Part shown: positions 9,594-19,602 of the stretch, in pieces | How positions within the stretch are numbered: position 1 is the first letter of the stretch | Layout of the letters: the number at the start of each line of letters is the position of its first letter | Origin: Allobaculum fili | GTDB taxonomy: Bacteria > Bacillota_I > Bacilli_A > Erysipelotrichales > Erysipelotrichaceae | Assembly: GCF_020969955.1 (NCBI RefSeq) | Contig: NZ_JAHDSX010000024.1 | Location: 1-32,000, forward strand | Reading direction: 5' to 3' | Length of the DNA: 32,000 bases | Program-made: the position numbers and the translations under genes | The notes under the pieces: generated by a model | The model's database searches: none | Told to the model about the DNA's origin: nothing | What the model saw: only the letters and a program-made list of their open reading frames with translations

Positions 9594-10679
9594 TTAGTAA
9601 TTGAGGTTGTATTTTTCCACGTTTTCGAGATGCTCTTCGTAAGTTCGTGCAAAATGCGTCGCGCCGTCTCCATAAATGTCGCTGACAAAATAGAGATAGT
9701 CGTTATCCGCTGGGGAAAGCGCCGCATCTAAAGCCGCTGCACCCGGATTGAGAATCGGTCCGATCGGCAGACCGTCATGCATATAGGTGTTGTAGGGCGA
9801 ATCGATATCGGCATTGGTTTCGCAGTCTTCCGGCTTTTCGAACTGGTCATACAGTGCGTAGCACACCGTGACGGAGCTCTGAAGCGGCATGCCCTGCTCG
9901 AGGCGGTTTTTAAACACGCCGGCGATATCAGGCATAATCGACGCATCGCCCGATTCAAACTGAACGACGCTCGCAAACGTAACGATCTGCTGGACGCTCA
10001 TCGAGGAGGCATCAAACTGCGCTTTATGTGCATCATAATATGCCTGGAACTGATCGAGCATCATGTAAGTGACCTGTTCGGCGCTCATGTCGAAATCCAT
10101 GTAGTAGGTTTCCGGGTACAGATAGCCTTCGAGTTTTACAAAATACTGATCGTTGCAGACTTCCTCGGGATTGAGGAAGGAATAGCGCGTACTCGCCTGC
10201 TGAATGAACTCATTGCTGTTCCACAGATCGAGAAGCTGATCCGCCGTCAGATCCGGCAGCGCTTCGCTGATTCGCTTGGCGATATCCTTGGCCCAGCTTC
10301 CTTCCGGAATCGTCACGACCGCATAGGAGGCGGCGAGATTGGCCGGATCGGAAAGATAGTCAAGGATTTCGGGAACGCTCATGTTTTTCGCGAGTTCGTA
10401 CGTGCCCACGTAATAGGAAAAGCCATCGTGAATTTTGGAATACCATTCGGCTGCCGTCCGGTTTTTCAGAAGGCCGGCTTCGTCAAGCGACGTGAGAACT
10501 TCAGCGGCGCTTTCACCTTCGGTAACTTTAATCGCGATGGATTCGGTCTGGTCAGAAACGGGTTCAAGTCCGCTCTGAAACCAGAACCAGCCTCCGGCTC
10601 CTGCGGCAAGCACAAGAACCAGAAGGATGATGGTAACAGTTAGTCCGACGTGTGATTTGCGTTTTCTTACTTTTTTCAT
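9594..10679 (-). CDS. mltG: Endolytic murein transglycosylase MltG (YceG-like)
   Basis: It has an N-terminal TM anchor, then YceG-type sequence (LEGYLYPETYYMD, ASVVQFES, NTYMHDGLPIGPILNPG). It sits in the conserved position next to the DUF1292 gene and ruvX. Confidence 0.88.
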   Translation of the reverse strand: MKKVRKRKSHVGLTVTIILLVLVLAAGAGGWFWFQSGLEPVSDQTESIAIKVTEGESAAEVLTSLDEAGLLKNRTAAEWYSKIHDGFSYYVGTYELAKNMSVPEILDYLSDPANLAASYAVVTIPEGSWAKDIAKRISEALPDLTADQLLDLWNSNEFIQQASTRYSFLNPEEVCNDQYFVKLEGYLYPETYYMDFDMSAEQVTYMMLDQFQAYYDAHKAQFDASSMSVQQIVTFASVVQFESGDASIMPDIAGVFKNRLEQGMPLQSSVTVCYALYDQFEKPEDCETNADIDSPYNTYMHDGLPIGPILNPGAAALDAALSPADNDYLYFVSDIYGDGATHFARTYEEHLENVEKYNLNY

Positions 10680-10717
10680 TGCAGGAAAGACAGTACACTC
10701 CGTCAGGTCGACCTGAA

Positions 10718-10978
10718 CTAGTCTTCTGTTTCCTCCTCGTCGGTCGCAAAAGCGCCGATGACTTCTTCAACCATGTTCCATTCGTCATCGGTTTCGATCG
10801 GAATCAGTTCGCCTTCATCGTTATAGGCGGAAGCGAATACTTCCTCTTCCGTTCCCTGCGGATCCTGGAAGACGACGTACTGTTTTCCTGTGTTCGGATC
10901 GTCAAACGTAAACAGAATGACCATGCGTTTTTCTTCGCCGTTTTCATCAACGACGTACAGTGAATTCGAGTCAATCAT
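10718..10978 (-). CDS. DUF1292 family protein (YrzB-like)
   Basis: LYVVDENGEEKRMVILFTFDDPNTGKQYVVFQDP...EEVFASAYNDEGELIPIETDDEWNMVEEV is the characteristic DUF1292 pattern. There is an AAAGGAGAA RBS. Confidence 0.85.
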   Translation of the reverse strand: MIDSNSLYVVDENGEEKRMVILFTFDDPNTGKQYVVFQDPQGTEEEVFASAYNDEGELIPIETDDEWNMVEEVIGAFATDEEETED

Positions 10979-11192
10979 CGCGGTTTCTCCTTTCAGCTCC
11001 CTCAGGCCTGAGGGGATTCCCCTTATTACAGCTTTCTTTTATTTCTTTCTTACTGATGAACAGAATTCAGGGCAGATGATTTTTCGCTTATTTGTGCAAT
11101 CGTCTGCTTCCTTTTTTGACTGTTCCTGTTCATTGTACCGAAAACATTGCCAGATTCTAAACGAATCTGGCGAATGAACAGACATGCATCAA

Positions 11193-11630
11193 TTAAAAAG
11201 GCATCACCAGTCCGCCGCTCTGGCGGTCGAGATAGCTCTGCAGAATCTGTACGGCGGCCATCTGGTCGATGATCTGCTTTCTTTTCTTGCGCTTTACGTT
11301 GCCGGAAATCAGGATCTTCTCTGCGGCGGCGGTCGTCAGACGCTCATCCCAGAGTTCCACCTGGATGCCTTCGGCTTCCAGCAGTTTGGCAAACTTTTCT
11401 GAAACCTGACCGCGAATGCCGATATCGCCGTTCATGTGGCGCGGCAGACCGAGTACGACTTTTTTAACGCCGTTTTCCCGGATCACCTTCAGTACATCCT
11501 GCAAAGCCGCATCGTAGTCGTCCGGTGCAAAGCGGACCGTGGTCAGCGCTCTGGCGATCATGCCAAGCGGATCGCTGATCGAAATGCCGCAGGTTACCGA
11601 TCCAAGATCAAGTCCGATAATCCGTTCCAT
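11193..11630 (-). CDS. ruvX: Putative pre-16S rRNA nuclease / Holliday junction resolvase-like RuvX (YqgF)
   Basis: MERIIGLDLGSVTCGISISDPLGMIA...VVLGLPRHMNGDIG...DERLTT is typical YqgF. Its ATG immediately follows the stop of the upstream gene. Confidence 0.9.
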   Translation of the reverse strand: MERIIGLDLGSVTCGISISDPLGMIARALTTVRFAPDDYDAALQDVLKVIRENGVKKVVLGLPRHMNGDIGIRGQVSEKFAKLLEAEGIQVELWDERLTTAAAEKILISGNVKRKKRKQIIDQMAAVQILQSYLDRQSGGLVMPF

Positions 11631-11882
11631 TTATTTCTCCAGATACGCCCGGACGAGTTCTTCAATGATCTCATAGCGTTCAATCTTCTGGATGGTATTT
11701 CTGGCATCTTTATAAGAAGAAATGTAGGCAGGATCGGAACTGATCAGATATCCTGCGATCTGGTTTTCGGAATTGTATCCGCGTTCCTCGAGTGCTTCAG
11801 AAACTTCGCGAAGAATCTTTTTGATGTTCTCACGACGGATTTTTTCCGTGGTAAACATCACGGTTTCAGTAATACGGGCCAT
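11631..11882 (-). CDS. IreB family regulatory phosphoprotein (UPF0297, YrzL-like)
   Basis: TVMFTTEKIRRENIKKILREVSEALEERGYNSENQIAGYLISSDPAYISSYKDARNTIQKIERYEIIEELVRAYL is typical of UPF0297. There is a GAGGAGGG RBS. Confidence 0.85.
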   Translation of the reverse strand: MARITETVMFTTEKIRRENIKKILREVSEALEERGYNSENQIAGYLISSDPAYISSYKDARNTIQKIERYEIIEELVRAYLEK

Positions 11883-12078
11883 AATTTACCCTCCTCTATA
11901 ATATTCTAATCATACACCAAGAAAAACAGGCTGAAAAGCAAGCGCCAAAAGCGCTCCAGAGACGTCAGGCGCGCAGTTTCCGCCCTTTTCCTGGATTCGA
12001 ACTGCCTCCAGCATACCTTCTTTTGGACGCAGTCTTTCTTCTTTTGCCTGTTCCATTCGGACAGCGTCCGAACAAAGC

Positions 12079-12119
12079 AAGAGAAAAGCATGCAGGAAAA
12101 CTCTCTTCGCTGCATGCTT
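12079..12119 (-). terminator. Intrinsic terminator downstream of alaS
   Basis: Minus strand AAGCATGCAG-14 nt-CTGCATGCTT forms a 10-bp stem, followed by TTCTCTT. Confidence 0.6.
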
Positions 12120-12195
12120 TCGTCTTGCCTAACGCATTGATTTTCGGCTTGTATAAAGCCGTTTTGGCTCTGTTGATTTTGTTACTGATCCAGAA

Positions 12196-14823
12196 TTAGA
12201 GCGATTTGGCCATCGCGGTAAAGGAATCGAAGGCTTCGCCGATCTTGGAGGCATCGCTGCCGCCGGCCTGAGCGAGGTCTTTTTTGCCGCCGCCTTTGCC
12301 GCCTGTAAGTACTGCGGCTTCACGAACGACGGTTCCTGCATTGACGCCTTTGACGATTGCATCGCTTCCTGCAGCAGCAACCAGCGTCAGCTTATCGCCG
12401 TTCTGCGCGATGAGCAGAATGGCTGCTTTCGGGTCGTTTCCTTTAATGCTGGAGGCAATTTCCTTCAGAGCCTTGCAGTCCATGTTGTCGACTTTCTTGC
12501 AGAGAACATGAAGGCCGTTGATGTCCTTGGATTCCATTGCCCATTCCTTGCACTTGAAGGAAGCAATCTGGTTTTCGAGTTCCGCAATTTTCTTCTGCAG
12601 ATCTTTCATCTGATCGAAAGCGGAATCGATCTTCGCATCCAGATTTTTAATGCCTTTCGCCTTAGCGGTGTGCGCAATGTGCTCAAGCATTTTCTGCTGC
12701 GCTGCGAAATCGTTATACGCCGCCTTGCGGGTCTTGGCGGTAATACGACGGGTATCGGAACCGATGGATTCCTCGCCGACGATCTTGAGCACACCGATTT
12801 CACTCGTGTTGTCAACATGGCAGCCGGCACAGAATTCCTTGGAGACGTCGCCCATCGTTACAACACGAACCTGATCGCCGTACTTTTCATCGAACAGCGC
12901 GGTCGCACCGGTTTTCTTTGCGTCTTCAATATCGAGGATTTCCCAGGATACAGGAATGGAGTCGGTAATCATGTCGTTGACTCTGGATTCAATTTCCGCG
13001 AGTTTTTCTTCGCCGATCTTATCGCGCATGTTGAAGTCAAAACGCAGATAGTCCGGTCCGACAAAGCTTCCGGCCTGATGAATCTGATCGCCCAGTACGG
13101 ATTTCAGTGCGCTCTGCAGCAGGTGCGTTGCCGAGTGGTTGGCCGTTACGTTTTCGCGGCGGACCGCATCCACGCTCTGCCATACGGTATCGCCGACATG
13201 CAGGATGCCTTCATCGAGTTCGATTTTGAGCAGGTGCTGCTTGTTGCGGGTTTTAACGCCATCCACTACGCGGGCTTTTACGGTATCGGAGCTGATCGTT
13301 CCGGTATCGGCAACCTGACCGCCGGACTGTACATAAAACGGCGTAACATCCAGGATCACCTGACCGTCGCCGTCGAGTTCATCGACAAGATGACCGTCCT
13401 TGAAGAGAGCGATGACTTTGCCTTCTTCGGCAAGAACGTTGTAGCCGTTGAATTTGCACGCGCCGGTGAAGTTCATCAGATCTTCGTTCTGGCTGGCGAA
13501 GGAATCTTCGACATTGCGGGCAGCACGTGCTCTTTCCTTCTGCTGCTTCATCTGTTCGTCGAATTCTGCGCGATCCGCTTTCAGACCGTTTTCTTCGGCG
13601 ATTTCCTGGGTCATTTCAAACGGGAAACCGTATGTGTCGTAAAGCTTGAAGGTAATTTCACCGCTCAGCTTGCCGTCTTTGGCTTTGGCCATTTCATCAT
13701 CGAGCAGCGCCTGACCGTTTTTCAGAGTTTTCTTGAAGATTTCTTCTTCCTGACGGATGACTTTTTCGTTTTCGTCAATTTTATCCGTCAGATACGGATA
13801 GAAGTCTTTCATGTTTTCGCTGACGGTCGGAACGAGCTTGTAAAGGAACGGTTCATCCAGACCGAGCTTCAGACCGAAGCGAACGGCACGACGGAGTACG
13901 CGGCGCAGAACGTAGCCGCGGCCGGAGTTGGAGAAGCCGGCACCGTCGGACAGCGCGAAGACGAGCGTACGGATATGGTCGGCAATAACGCGGAAGGCCA
14001 TTTTGTTTTCGCCTTCGTATTTTTTGCCGGAAAGTTTTTCAGTTTCGTGAATGATCGGCAGGAACAGATCGGTATCGAAGTTGGTTTCGCCGTCCTGAAC
14101 GAGCGCAACCAGACGTTCGAGACCCATGCCGGTATCGATGTTTTTCTGCGGCAGTTCCTTATAGTCCTTGCGGTCGATCGAAGGATCGCAATCGTACTGG
14201 CTGAATACGATGTTCCATACTTCGATGTAGCGATCGTTTTCCATTTCTTCAAAGAAGAGCTTTTCGCCAAGGTGCTGCGGATCGTACTTTTCGCCGCGGT
14301 CAAAATGGATTTCGGTGTCTGGTCCGCCCGGACCTTTGCCGATCTCCCAGAAGTTTTCCTGGGTACGCAAAATGTGCCTGGGATCTACGCCGCATACTTC
14401 GGTCCAGATCCGGTACGCTTCGTCATCATCCGTATAGACGGTGATGTAGAGCTTATCCTTGTCGATGCCCATCCATTCATCACTGGTCAGAAATTCCCAC
14501 GCAAACGGAATGGCTTCCGGCTTGAAGTAATCGCCGATGGAGAAGTTTCCAAGCATTTCGAAGAACGTATGGTGACGGGCGGTTTTGCCGACGTTTTCAA
14601 TATCGTTGGTACGAATGGATTTCTGCGCGTTGGCAATCCGGTTTTTCTTTGGCTTTTCCGATCCGTCAAAGTATTTCTTCAGTGCGGCGACACCGGCATT
14701 GATCCAGAGAAGCGTCGGGTCGTTATGCGGAATAAGGCTTGCACCGGGTTCGATCATATGGCCCTTGGATTCAAAGTAATCCAGAAACATCTGACGAACC
14801 TGATTTCCGGTAAGTTGTTTCAT
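12196..14823 (-). CDS. alaS: Alanine--tRNA ligase
   Basis: 875 aa. MKQLTGNQVRQMFLDYFESKGHMIEPGASLIP...HHTFFEMLGNFSIGDYFK is a canonical AlaRS. There is an AAAGGAG RBS. Confidence 0.97.
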   Translation of the reverse strand: MKQLTGNQVRQMFLDYFESKGHMIEPGASLIPHNDPTLLWINAGVAALKKYFDGSEKPKKNRIANAQKSIRTNDIENVGKTARHHTFFEMLGNFSIGDYFKPEAIPFAWEFLTSDEWMGIDKDKLYITVYTDDDEAYRIWTEVCGVDPRHILRTQENFWEIGKGPGGPDTEIHFDRGEKYDPQHLGEKLFFEEMENDRYIEVWNIVFSQYDCDPSIDRKDYKELPQKNIDTGMGLERLVALVQDGETNFDTDLFLPIIHETEKLSGKKYEGENKMAFRVIADHIRTLVFALSDGAGFSNSGRGYVLRRVLRRAVRFGLKLGLDEPFLYKLVPTVSENMKDFYPYLTDKIDENEKVIRQEEEIFKKTLKNGQALLDDEMAKAKDGKLSGEITFKLYDTYGFPFEMTQEIAEENGLKADRAEFDEQMKQQKERARAARNVEDSFASQNEDLMNFTGACKFNGYNVLAEEGKVIALFKDGHLVDELDGDGQVILDVTPFYVQSGGQVADTGTISSDTVKARVVDGVKTRNKQHLLKIELDEGILHVGDTVWQSVDAVRRENVTANHSATHLLQSALKSVLGDQIHQAGSFVGPDYLRFDFNMRDKIGEEKLAEIESRVNDMITDSIPVSWEILDIEDAKKTGATALFDEKYGDQVRVVTMGDVSKEFCAGCHVDNTSEIGVLKIVGEESIGSDTRRITAKTRKAAYNDFAAQQKMLEHIAHTAKAKGIKNLDAKIDSAFDQMKDLQKKIAELENQIASFKCKEWAMESKDINGLHVLCKKVDNMDCKALKEIASSIKGNDPKAAILLIAQNGDKLTLVAAAGSDAIVKGVNAGTVVREAAVLTGGKGGGKKDLAQAGGSDASKIGEAFDSFTAMAKSL

Positions 14824-14904
14824 ATGACTCCTTTCAGCAGTTTCCTGCTTATAATTCCCATTTCAAACTCGAATCTGAAGCGGCTATCAGAGCGTATGGA
14901 CAGA

Positions 14905-15110
14905 CAAAATAAAAAACGCCCCTGTTTCCAGGAACGTGTACACGCGATGCCATCCCGGTTTGCCCATGGTTTTCCCATGGACACCCTTAATTTTCTGATA
15001 ACGCCAGACTGCGGCAGCTCAAGGATGGCTCGAGACAGATGCGCTGTCTTCTTTCACCGCCGAAGACTCTCTGCAAGCCGCAACTCTGTCCTTTTTCCCT
15101 TCAATGCTGC
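14905..15110 (-). promoter_or_regulatory. T-box leader of alaS, apparent Ala GCC specifier
   Basis: On the minus strand, Stem I shows a GA/K-turn at its base (GCAGCAUUGAAGG / CCUUGAGCUGC) and an AGAGA bulge. The distal hairpin is GUCUUC-GGCGGUGAAA-GAAGAC. The specifier loop reads CGA-GCC-A. The T-box-like sequence GGGAUGGCAUCGCG lies at 14941-14958. CCGGGA can pair with UCCUGG in the 5' arm of the terminator, giving an antiterminator. The terminator ACGUUCCUG-GAAA-CAGGGGCGU plus UUUUUUAUUUU lies at 14905-14937. Confidence 0.72.
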
Positions 15111-15117
15111 TTTTAGA

Positions 15118-15146
15118 AGTATAAACTCTCAAAAAGCTGTGCGCAA
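15118..15146 (-). promoter_or_regulatory. Candidate sigma-A promoter for the alaS T-box leader
   Basis: Minus strand reads TTGCGC, a 17-nt spacer, then TATACT, immediately upstream of Stem I. Confidence 0.5.
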
Positions 15147-15265
15147 ACAAATCCCATAAGAACACGTGCGGCCTTCCCATTCGATTCCCGATCGCCCATC
15201 CAAAACGTACACAAACTTCGGGCTACGCTCTGGAAACAAAAAGGACGCCTTATGTCGCAGGCATC

Positions 15266-17857
15266 CTATTTTGTTTCTTCAGAAGACTGGGATCGGAATT
15301 CGTCGTGCAGATCACCGGAATCCGATTCGTTTTCGCCGGCTGCATCGGACGCGTCCGGCTGAATACTTAAAGCTCTCTGATCCATATCGGCCGAATCTCC
15401 CGGATCCAGCGCTTCGTCCAGATCGAGATCTTCGATGGCGGATAAATCTACAATTTCCTTATCGATCGCCGATGAATCGGCATGGGTTTCATTTAAAGCG
15501 GATAAAACGGTCGATTCGTTTGAGCGTACCGGTTCTGCCTCAGCAGCCTGTGCAATCTGGGCATGATAGGCCGGCGAGGTCAGCGATGTGCCCGGCAGCG
15601 GCATATTCGTTCGGCTGACTGCTTTTTGTGCCTTCTCGCCTTGCTTTAGGCGTTTTTCGGCTACGCGTTTTGCGCAGAGGATTTTCCAGCGCAGACGTTC
15701 CTTGAGCGTGGTCTGCCGCGAAGCAGGATCGATACGTCTGGCGCAGATTTCAAAAACTTCCCGGACCGAAACAATCTTAAGATCCCGCTTGGCCCGGGAA
15801 ACAGCGGTATAGACCAGACGTTTTGCGCTCATCTTCATCGCCTGTTCCGGAAGGGAAAATACAACGTCCTGATATTCCGAACCCTGCGCCTTATGGACCG
15901 AAACGCACCAGGCGTGGGAAATCATTGCGTTGAACGGGCTGGTCACTTCGTATTCGATGTTGTCAAAATGCACGAGAGCCGTACGGGTTTTCGGGACGAT
16001 TTCCACGATTTCTCCAATATCGCCGTTGTAAATGCCTTCCTGAGCGATATTCACTTTTAACATGACTTTATCGCCTTCCCGGTAATGCACTTCGTGATAG
16101 CCGCCCTGGTTATGTCTTACTTTTTCTACGATTTCCGGCTTTGAAGTCGAAAAGGGGTTGAGCAGTTCCTGCATAATCGCATTCAGCTCAAATACGCCGC
16201 CTTCCCCTTCGTATTTCGGAGAAAGAATCTGCACCTTGCCGGGATTTGGCTTTTCCATGACGATCTGCGCGATCTGCTCCGACATTTTTTTCTCAGGCGC
16301 GCAAAGTTCGACGCCATCCGAAAATTCGAAGGGCTGCCCCTTGCGAATTTCATCCGACAGTTTTGCGATGCCGCTGCCTTTTTTCTGACGGTAAAGCTGG
16401 TCGAGATGAATCGTGGGAAACTCTTTTGAAGCGATCAGATCGCTGAGCACCTTGCCTTCCCCAACGCTTTCGAGCTGTTCTTCATCGCCGATGATCAGAA
16501 GACGGGTATTTGCGGGCATCGCTTTGAGCAGTGCAGAAAAGAGACGCGTATCGACCATGGAAAATTCATCCACGATCATAAAATCGCTCGAATACAGATT
16601 GTATTCGTTTTTTTCGAAGACATCCGCATCGGGATCCCAGCCAAGCAGCGAATGAACGGTACGTCCCGTGGAGCCCGTCAGTTCGCTTAAGCGCTTGGCA
16701 GCCCGTCCAGTCGGCGCACAGAGCTGATAGCGGCAGCCGGGCATTACGGTATCCAGACATTCGAGAATGGCTTTGACGATCGTTGTTTTACCGGTTCCGG
16801 GACCGCCGGTCAAAATGGAAACCGGACTGGAAAAGCACGTCTCAATCGCTTCGATCTGCTTTTCGCTGTACGTAATGCGATCGCGCCGTTCAATCTGCGC
16901 GATCTTTTCGATCAGAGACTGCCGGTCATATCCAGGATTGGATGAACCCGGATGTTCCTGCATCTGAAGCATCCGTTCAGCCAGAAGATCGCAGATCGAA
17001 TTTTCCGCTTCCCAGAGAAACCGCGGAAATACGCGGTCTTTTTCCAGCTTGATCATTTCACAGTTGGACAGGGTAATCAGACTTTCTTCAAAATGGTCCA
17101 TCCGCTCGCAGAGCTCATACAGAAACGGACGGACAATGAATGTACTGCCGCTCTGGAAACAGGCGTTTTTCAGTTCGTAGTAAATTCTCGCTTCTGCGCG
17201 CTGGTGATCCGTGGCGGAAAGCTTCAGTCCGTTGGCAATGCGCGTACAGGCGCCATACGTTACGCCCATCCCGCCGTAAAACGGGGCGAAGCAGCTTTTC
17301 TGTAAATCTTCCAGAGAGTAATTGCGGGCGAGAATCGCACGCGTTTCGGACAGGCTGACGCCCCAGTGCATCAGGGTCAGAGCGAGTTCTTCTTTTCCCT
17401 GCAGATTCGCAATGCCTTCGCTGACGCGTACCGCCAGATTTGGGCGCAGATCGCATTTGGTGATCAGGACTTCCGGATTTTCTCGAATTTTCTCAAGCGC
17501 GCTTTCCCCGAGCGCGTCGACGATTTTTTCGGCGCTGCGCTGGCCGACATACGGGAAAAAATCGGAACTGAGAAAGCGGACCAGCGTCTCTTCCTTGCTG
17601 GTTTCCTGCGCCTGCCAGCTTGAAACTTCAAACTGAAGTCCATAGCGGGGATCCTGAATCCAGTGTCCGAAAAGCGTCACCGCGTCTCCGACGAGCAGAG
17701 AATTCAGACCGCCGCCCTTGAACACCAGATCTCTTTTTTCTTCATACTGCAGACGGCCGATCTTAAAGCTTCCCCGCTCAAAAATGAAAGTGCGGACGGT
17801 TCCGCTTATCGATTCGGTTTCCGGCTGTTCCAGCTCCAGCGTTTCGTACTCGCTCAT
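15266..17857 (-). CDS. recD2: RecD2-type SF1 ATP-dependent DNA helicase (YrrC-like) with a roughly 140-aa acidic C-terminal extension
   Basis: Walker A is GGPGTGKTT and Walker B is FMIVDEFSMVD. SVHKAQGSEYQDV and TAVSRAK are also present. It sits in the conserved position between mnmA and alaS. I chose the start at 17857 because GGGAGA lies 4 nt upstream. Confidence 0.88.
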   Translation of the reverse strand: MSEYETLELEQPETESISGTVRTFIFERGSFKIGRLQYEEKRDLVFKGGGLNSLLVGDAVTLFGHWIQDPRYGLQFEVSSWQAQETSKEETLVRFLSSDFFPYVGQRSAEKIVDALGESALEKIRENPEVLITKCDLRPNLAVRVSEGIANLQGKEELALTLMHWGVSLSETRAILARNYSLEDLQKSCFAPFYGGMGVTYGACTRIANGLKLSATDHQRAEARIYYELKNACFQSGSTFIVRPFLYELCERMDHFEESLITLSNCEMIKLEKDRVFPRFLWEAENSICDLLAERMLQMQEHPGSSNPGYDRQSLIEKIAQIERRDRITYSEKQIEAIETCFSSPVSILTGGPGTGKTTIVKAILECLDTVMPGCRYQLCAPTGRAAKRLSELTGSTGRTVHSLLGWDPDADVFEKNEYNLYSSDFMIVDEFSMVDTRLFSALLKAMPANTRLLIIGDEEQLESVGEGKVLSDLIASKEFPTIHLDQLYRQKKGSGIAKLSDEIRKGQPFEFSDGVELCAPEKKMSEQIAQIVMEKPNPGKVQILSPKYEGEGGVFELNAIMQELLNPFSTSKPEIVEKVRHNQGGYHEVHYREGDKVMLKVNIAQEGIYNGDIGEIVEIVPKTRTALVHFDNIEYEVTSPFNAMISHAWCVSVHKAQGSEYQDVVFSLPEQAMKMSAKRLVYTAVSRAKRDLKIVSVREVFEICARRIDPASRQTTLKERLRWKILCAKRVAEKRLKQGEKAQKAVSRTNMPLPGTSLTSPAYHAQIAQAAEAEPVRSNESTVLSALNETHADSSAIDKEIVDLSAIEDLDLDEALDPGDSADMDQRALSIQPDASDAAGENESDSGDLHDEFRSQSSEETK

Positions 17858-17914
17858 AACTTCTCCCGTCTTTCTGGCCATTCCATTTCGAAATTGGAAA
17901 TCGATCCGGCTTGC

Positions 17915-19198
17915 TTATTTCGTGTCTTCGGTTTGAGAAGACGCGCTGTTCTGCTCTTTGGCAGCTTTACGTCGGGCCTTTCTGGCCTTTTCCCGCTCTT
18001 TTGCTTCTTTTTTCTTTAATGCTTCCGCCTGACGAACGGCCTCTTCTTTCATTGCGGCTTCGGCTCGGGTCTCGATCGTTTCAAAGACATCGCGATCTTC
18101 AAAGAAAACTTGTTCAATGACACCGCCGCCCAGGCATTTATCGGCCATGTAAAATACGGCTTCCTGACCAGGCGTAACGGCTTCGACACCCTGCGGATAG
18201 GAAACGATCGCCTGATTGCCATGAACCTCGAGGGTTACCGGAATGTCCTTCTGGCGATAGCGGAATTTCACCGTGCACTGTTTCGGGAATTCAAATCCGT
18301 CGGGAACGAGCCAGTTGATCCTTTCAATACGGGCACGATCCGAAACGAGCCAGTGCATCTGGTCGGTACGGGCTACGAAAAGAAGGTTTCGTTCGACGTC
18401 CTTTGCTGCGACAAACCAGGGGCCGACAAAGCCGGTAATGTTTAAGCCTTTTCGCTGACCGATCGTGTAATACAGCACCCCCTGATGGGTACCCAGTTCC
18501 CGACCGGTATCGATATCGATGATCTTTCCTTCTTTCGCCGGCAGATAGTTGCTTAAAAACTCCCGGAAGTTGCGTTCGCCGATAAAGCAGATGCCGGTGG
18601 AATCCTTCTTTTTGGAAACCGAATCCAGAAGAAGCTGACCGGCCAGCCTGCGCACTTCCGGCTTAGTCAGCGTACCTAATGGAAAGAGCGTTCTGGAGAG
18701 CGGCTCTTTGGCGATCTGCGCCAGAAAATACGTCTGGTCCTTATTCTGATCGGCGGCACGGCCAAGCCAGGCAAATCCGTCTTCGTCAATGCGCGAGCAG
18801 TAATGACCGGTCGCGATAGCATCGAATCCGTTTTCCATGGCGTATTTATAAAAGGAGTCAAACTTGATGTACTGATTGCACAAAATATCCGGATTCGGCG
18901 TCCGGCCTTTTTTGTATTCTTCCAGGAACGTCGTAAACACGTTGTCCCAGTACTCCCGTACGAAATCGACACGAAGCAAGGGCAGCTGCAGATGCTTTGC
19001 AACGGCCTGGGCATCGTGATAGTCCTGCTCCTGCGGGCAGACGGAATTGTACAGATCCGGATTTCCCGCAATGTCATGGTTGAGAAACGAATCCCAGTTG
19101 CGCATGAAGCAGCAGGTCACTTCATGGCCCTGCTCCTTCAGTAAATAGGCGGCAATGGCACTGTCCACGCCCCCGCTCAGTCCGACGAGTACTTTCAT
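17915..19198 (-). CDS. mnmA: tRNA 2-thiouridine(34) synthase MnmA with a Lys/Glu/Ala-rich C-terminal extension
   Basis: MKVLVGLSGGVDSAIAAYLLKEQGHEVTCCFMRNWD contains the PP-loop. GRTPNPDILCN and KDQTYFL are also present. There is a GGAAAGGAG RBS. Confidence 0.94.
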   Translation of the reverse strand: MKVLVGLSGGVDSAIAAYLLKEQGHEVTCCFMRNWDSFLNHDIAGNPDLYNSVCPQEQDYHDAQAVAKHLQLPLLRVDFVREYWDNVFTTFLEEYKKGRTPNPDILCNQYIKFDSFYKYAMENGFDAIATGHYCSRIDEDGFAWLGRAADQNKDQTYFLAQIAKEPLSRTLFPLGTLTKPEVRRLAGQLLLDSVSKKKDSTGICFIGERNFREFLSNYLPAKEGKIIDIDTGRELGTHQGVLYYTIGQRKGLNITGFVGPWFVAAKDVERNLLFVARTDQMHWLVSDRARIERINWLVPDGFEFPKQCTVKFRYRQKDIPVTLEVHGNQAIVSYPQGVEAVTPGQEAVFYMADKCLGGGVIEQVFFEDRDVFETIETRAEAAMKEEAVRQAEALKKKEAKEREKARKARRKAAKEQNSASSQTEDTK

Positions 19199-19602
19199 AC
19201 TTGAACTCCTTTCCTGTTCTGTTTCGATATTCCTTCAAGGATAAACTGCCAGAGAAAAAACGGCTGCCGGATCCCGTCTGTTCTGAAACCGTGCAGACTT
19301 TCCTCTTTTTCGTCCTTTTCTTTTGGCGCCTGAGGACGCGAAAACCTGCACCGTTAAGATTGTGCAGGGAAATTTGCAGTTCTTTATATTTTGGACTTCC
19401 GAGGGCAGTCTGTCAAAACTGCCTCTTTTTCACAAGACGGGCAGTCCAGACGGCCGGCAAGGCCAGTATGAGAAAGCAGCAGCCGACTCCAGGCCGGTCT
19501 TATTAGGGGTATACGCAGATCCGCAGCCGAGCCTTTCTCTATTTTCAGTCTGGTTTCGATATTTTCTGTCTGGTTTCTGGCGATCTGTCTTTGCTGTCCC
19601 AT

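Noticed and set aside
12508-15159. An 883-aa plus-strand ORF antisense to alaS. Similar long antisense ORFs occur at 26759-28237 (492 aa), 29468-31009 (513 aa), 9777-10643 (288 aa) and 116-961 (281 aa).
   Set aside because: Where I checked (the alaS case), the antisense ORF lies in the exact codon-for-codon antisense register of the real gene. It stays open simply because the sense gene avoids TTA, CTA and TCA codons. The others look the same. All the translations are low-complexity (F/V/I/G/R-rich), lack start signals, and sit opposite genes with unambiguous homology. They are shadow ORFs, not genes.
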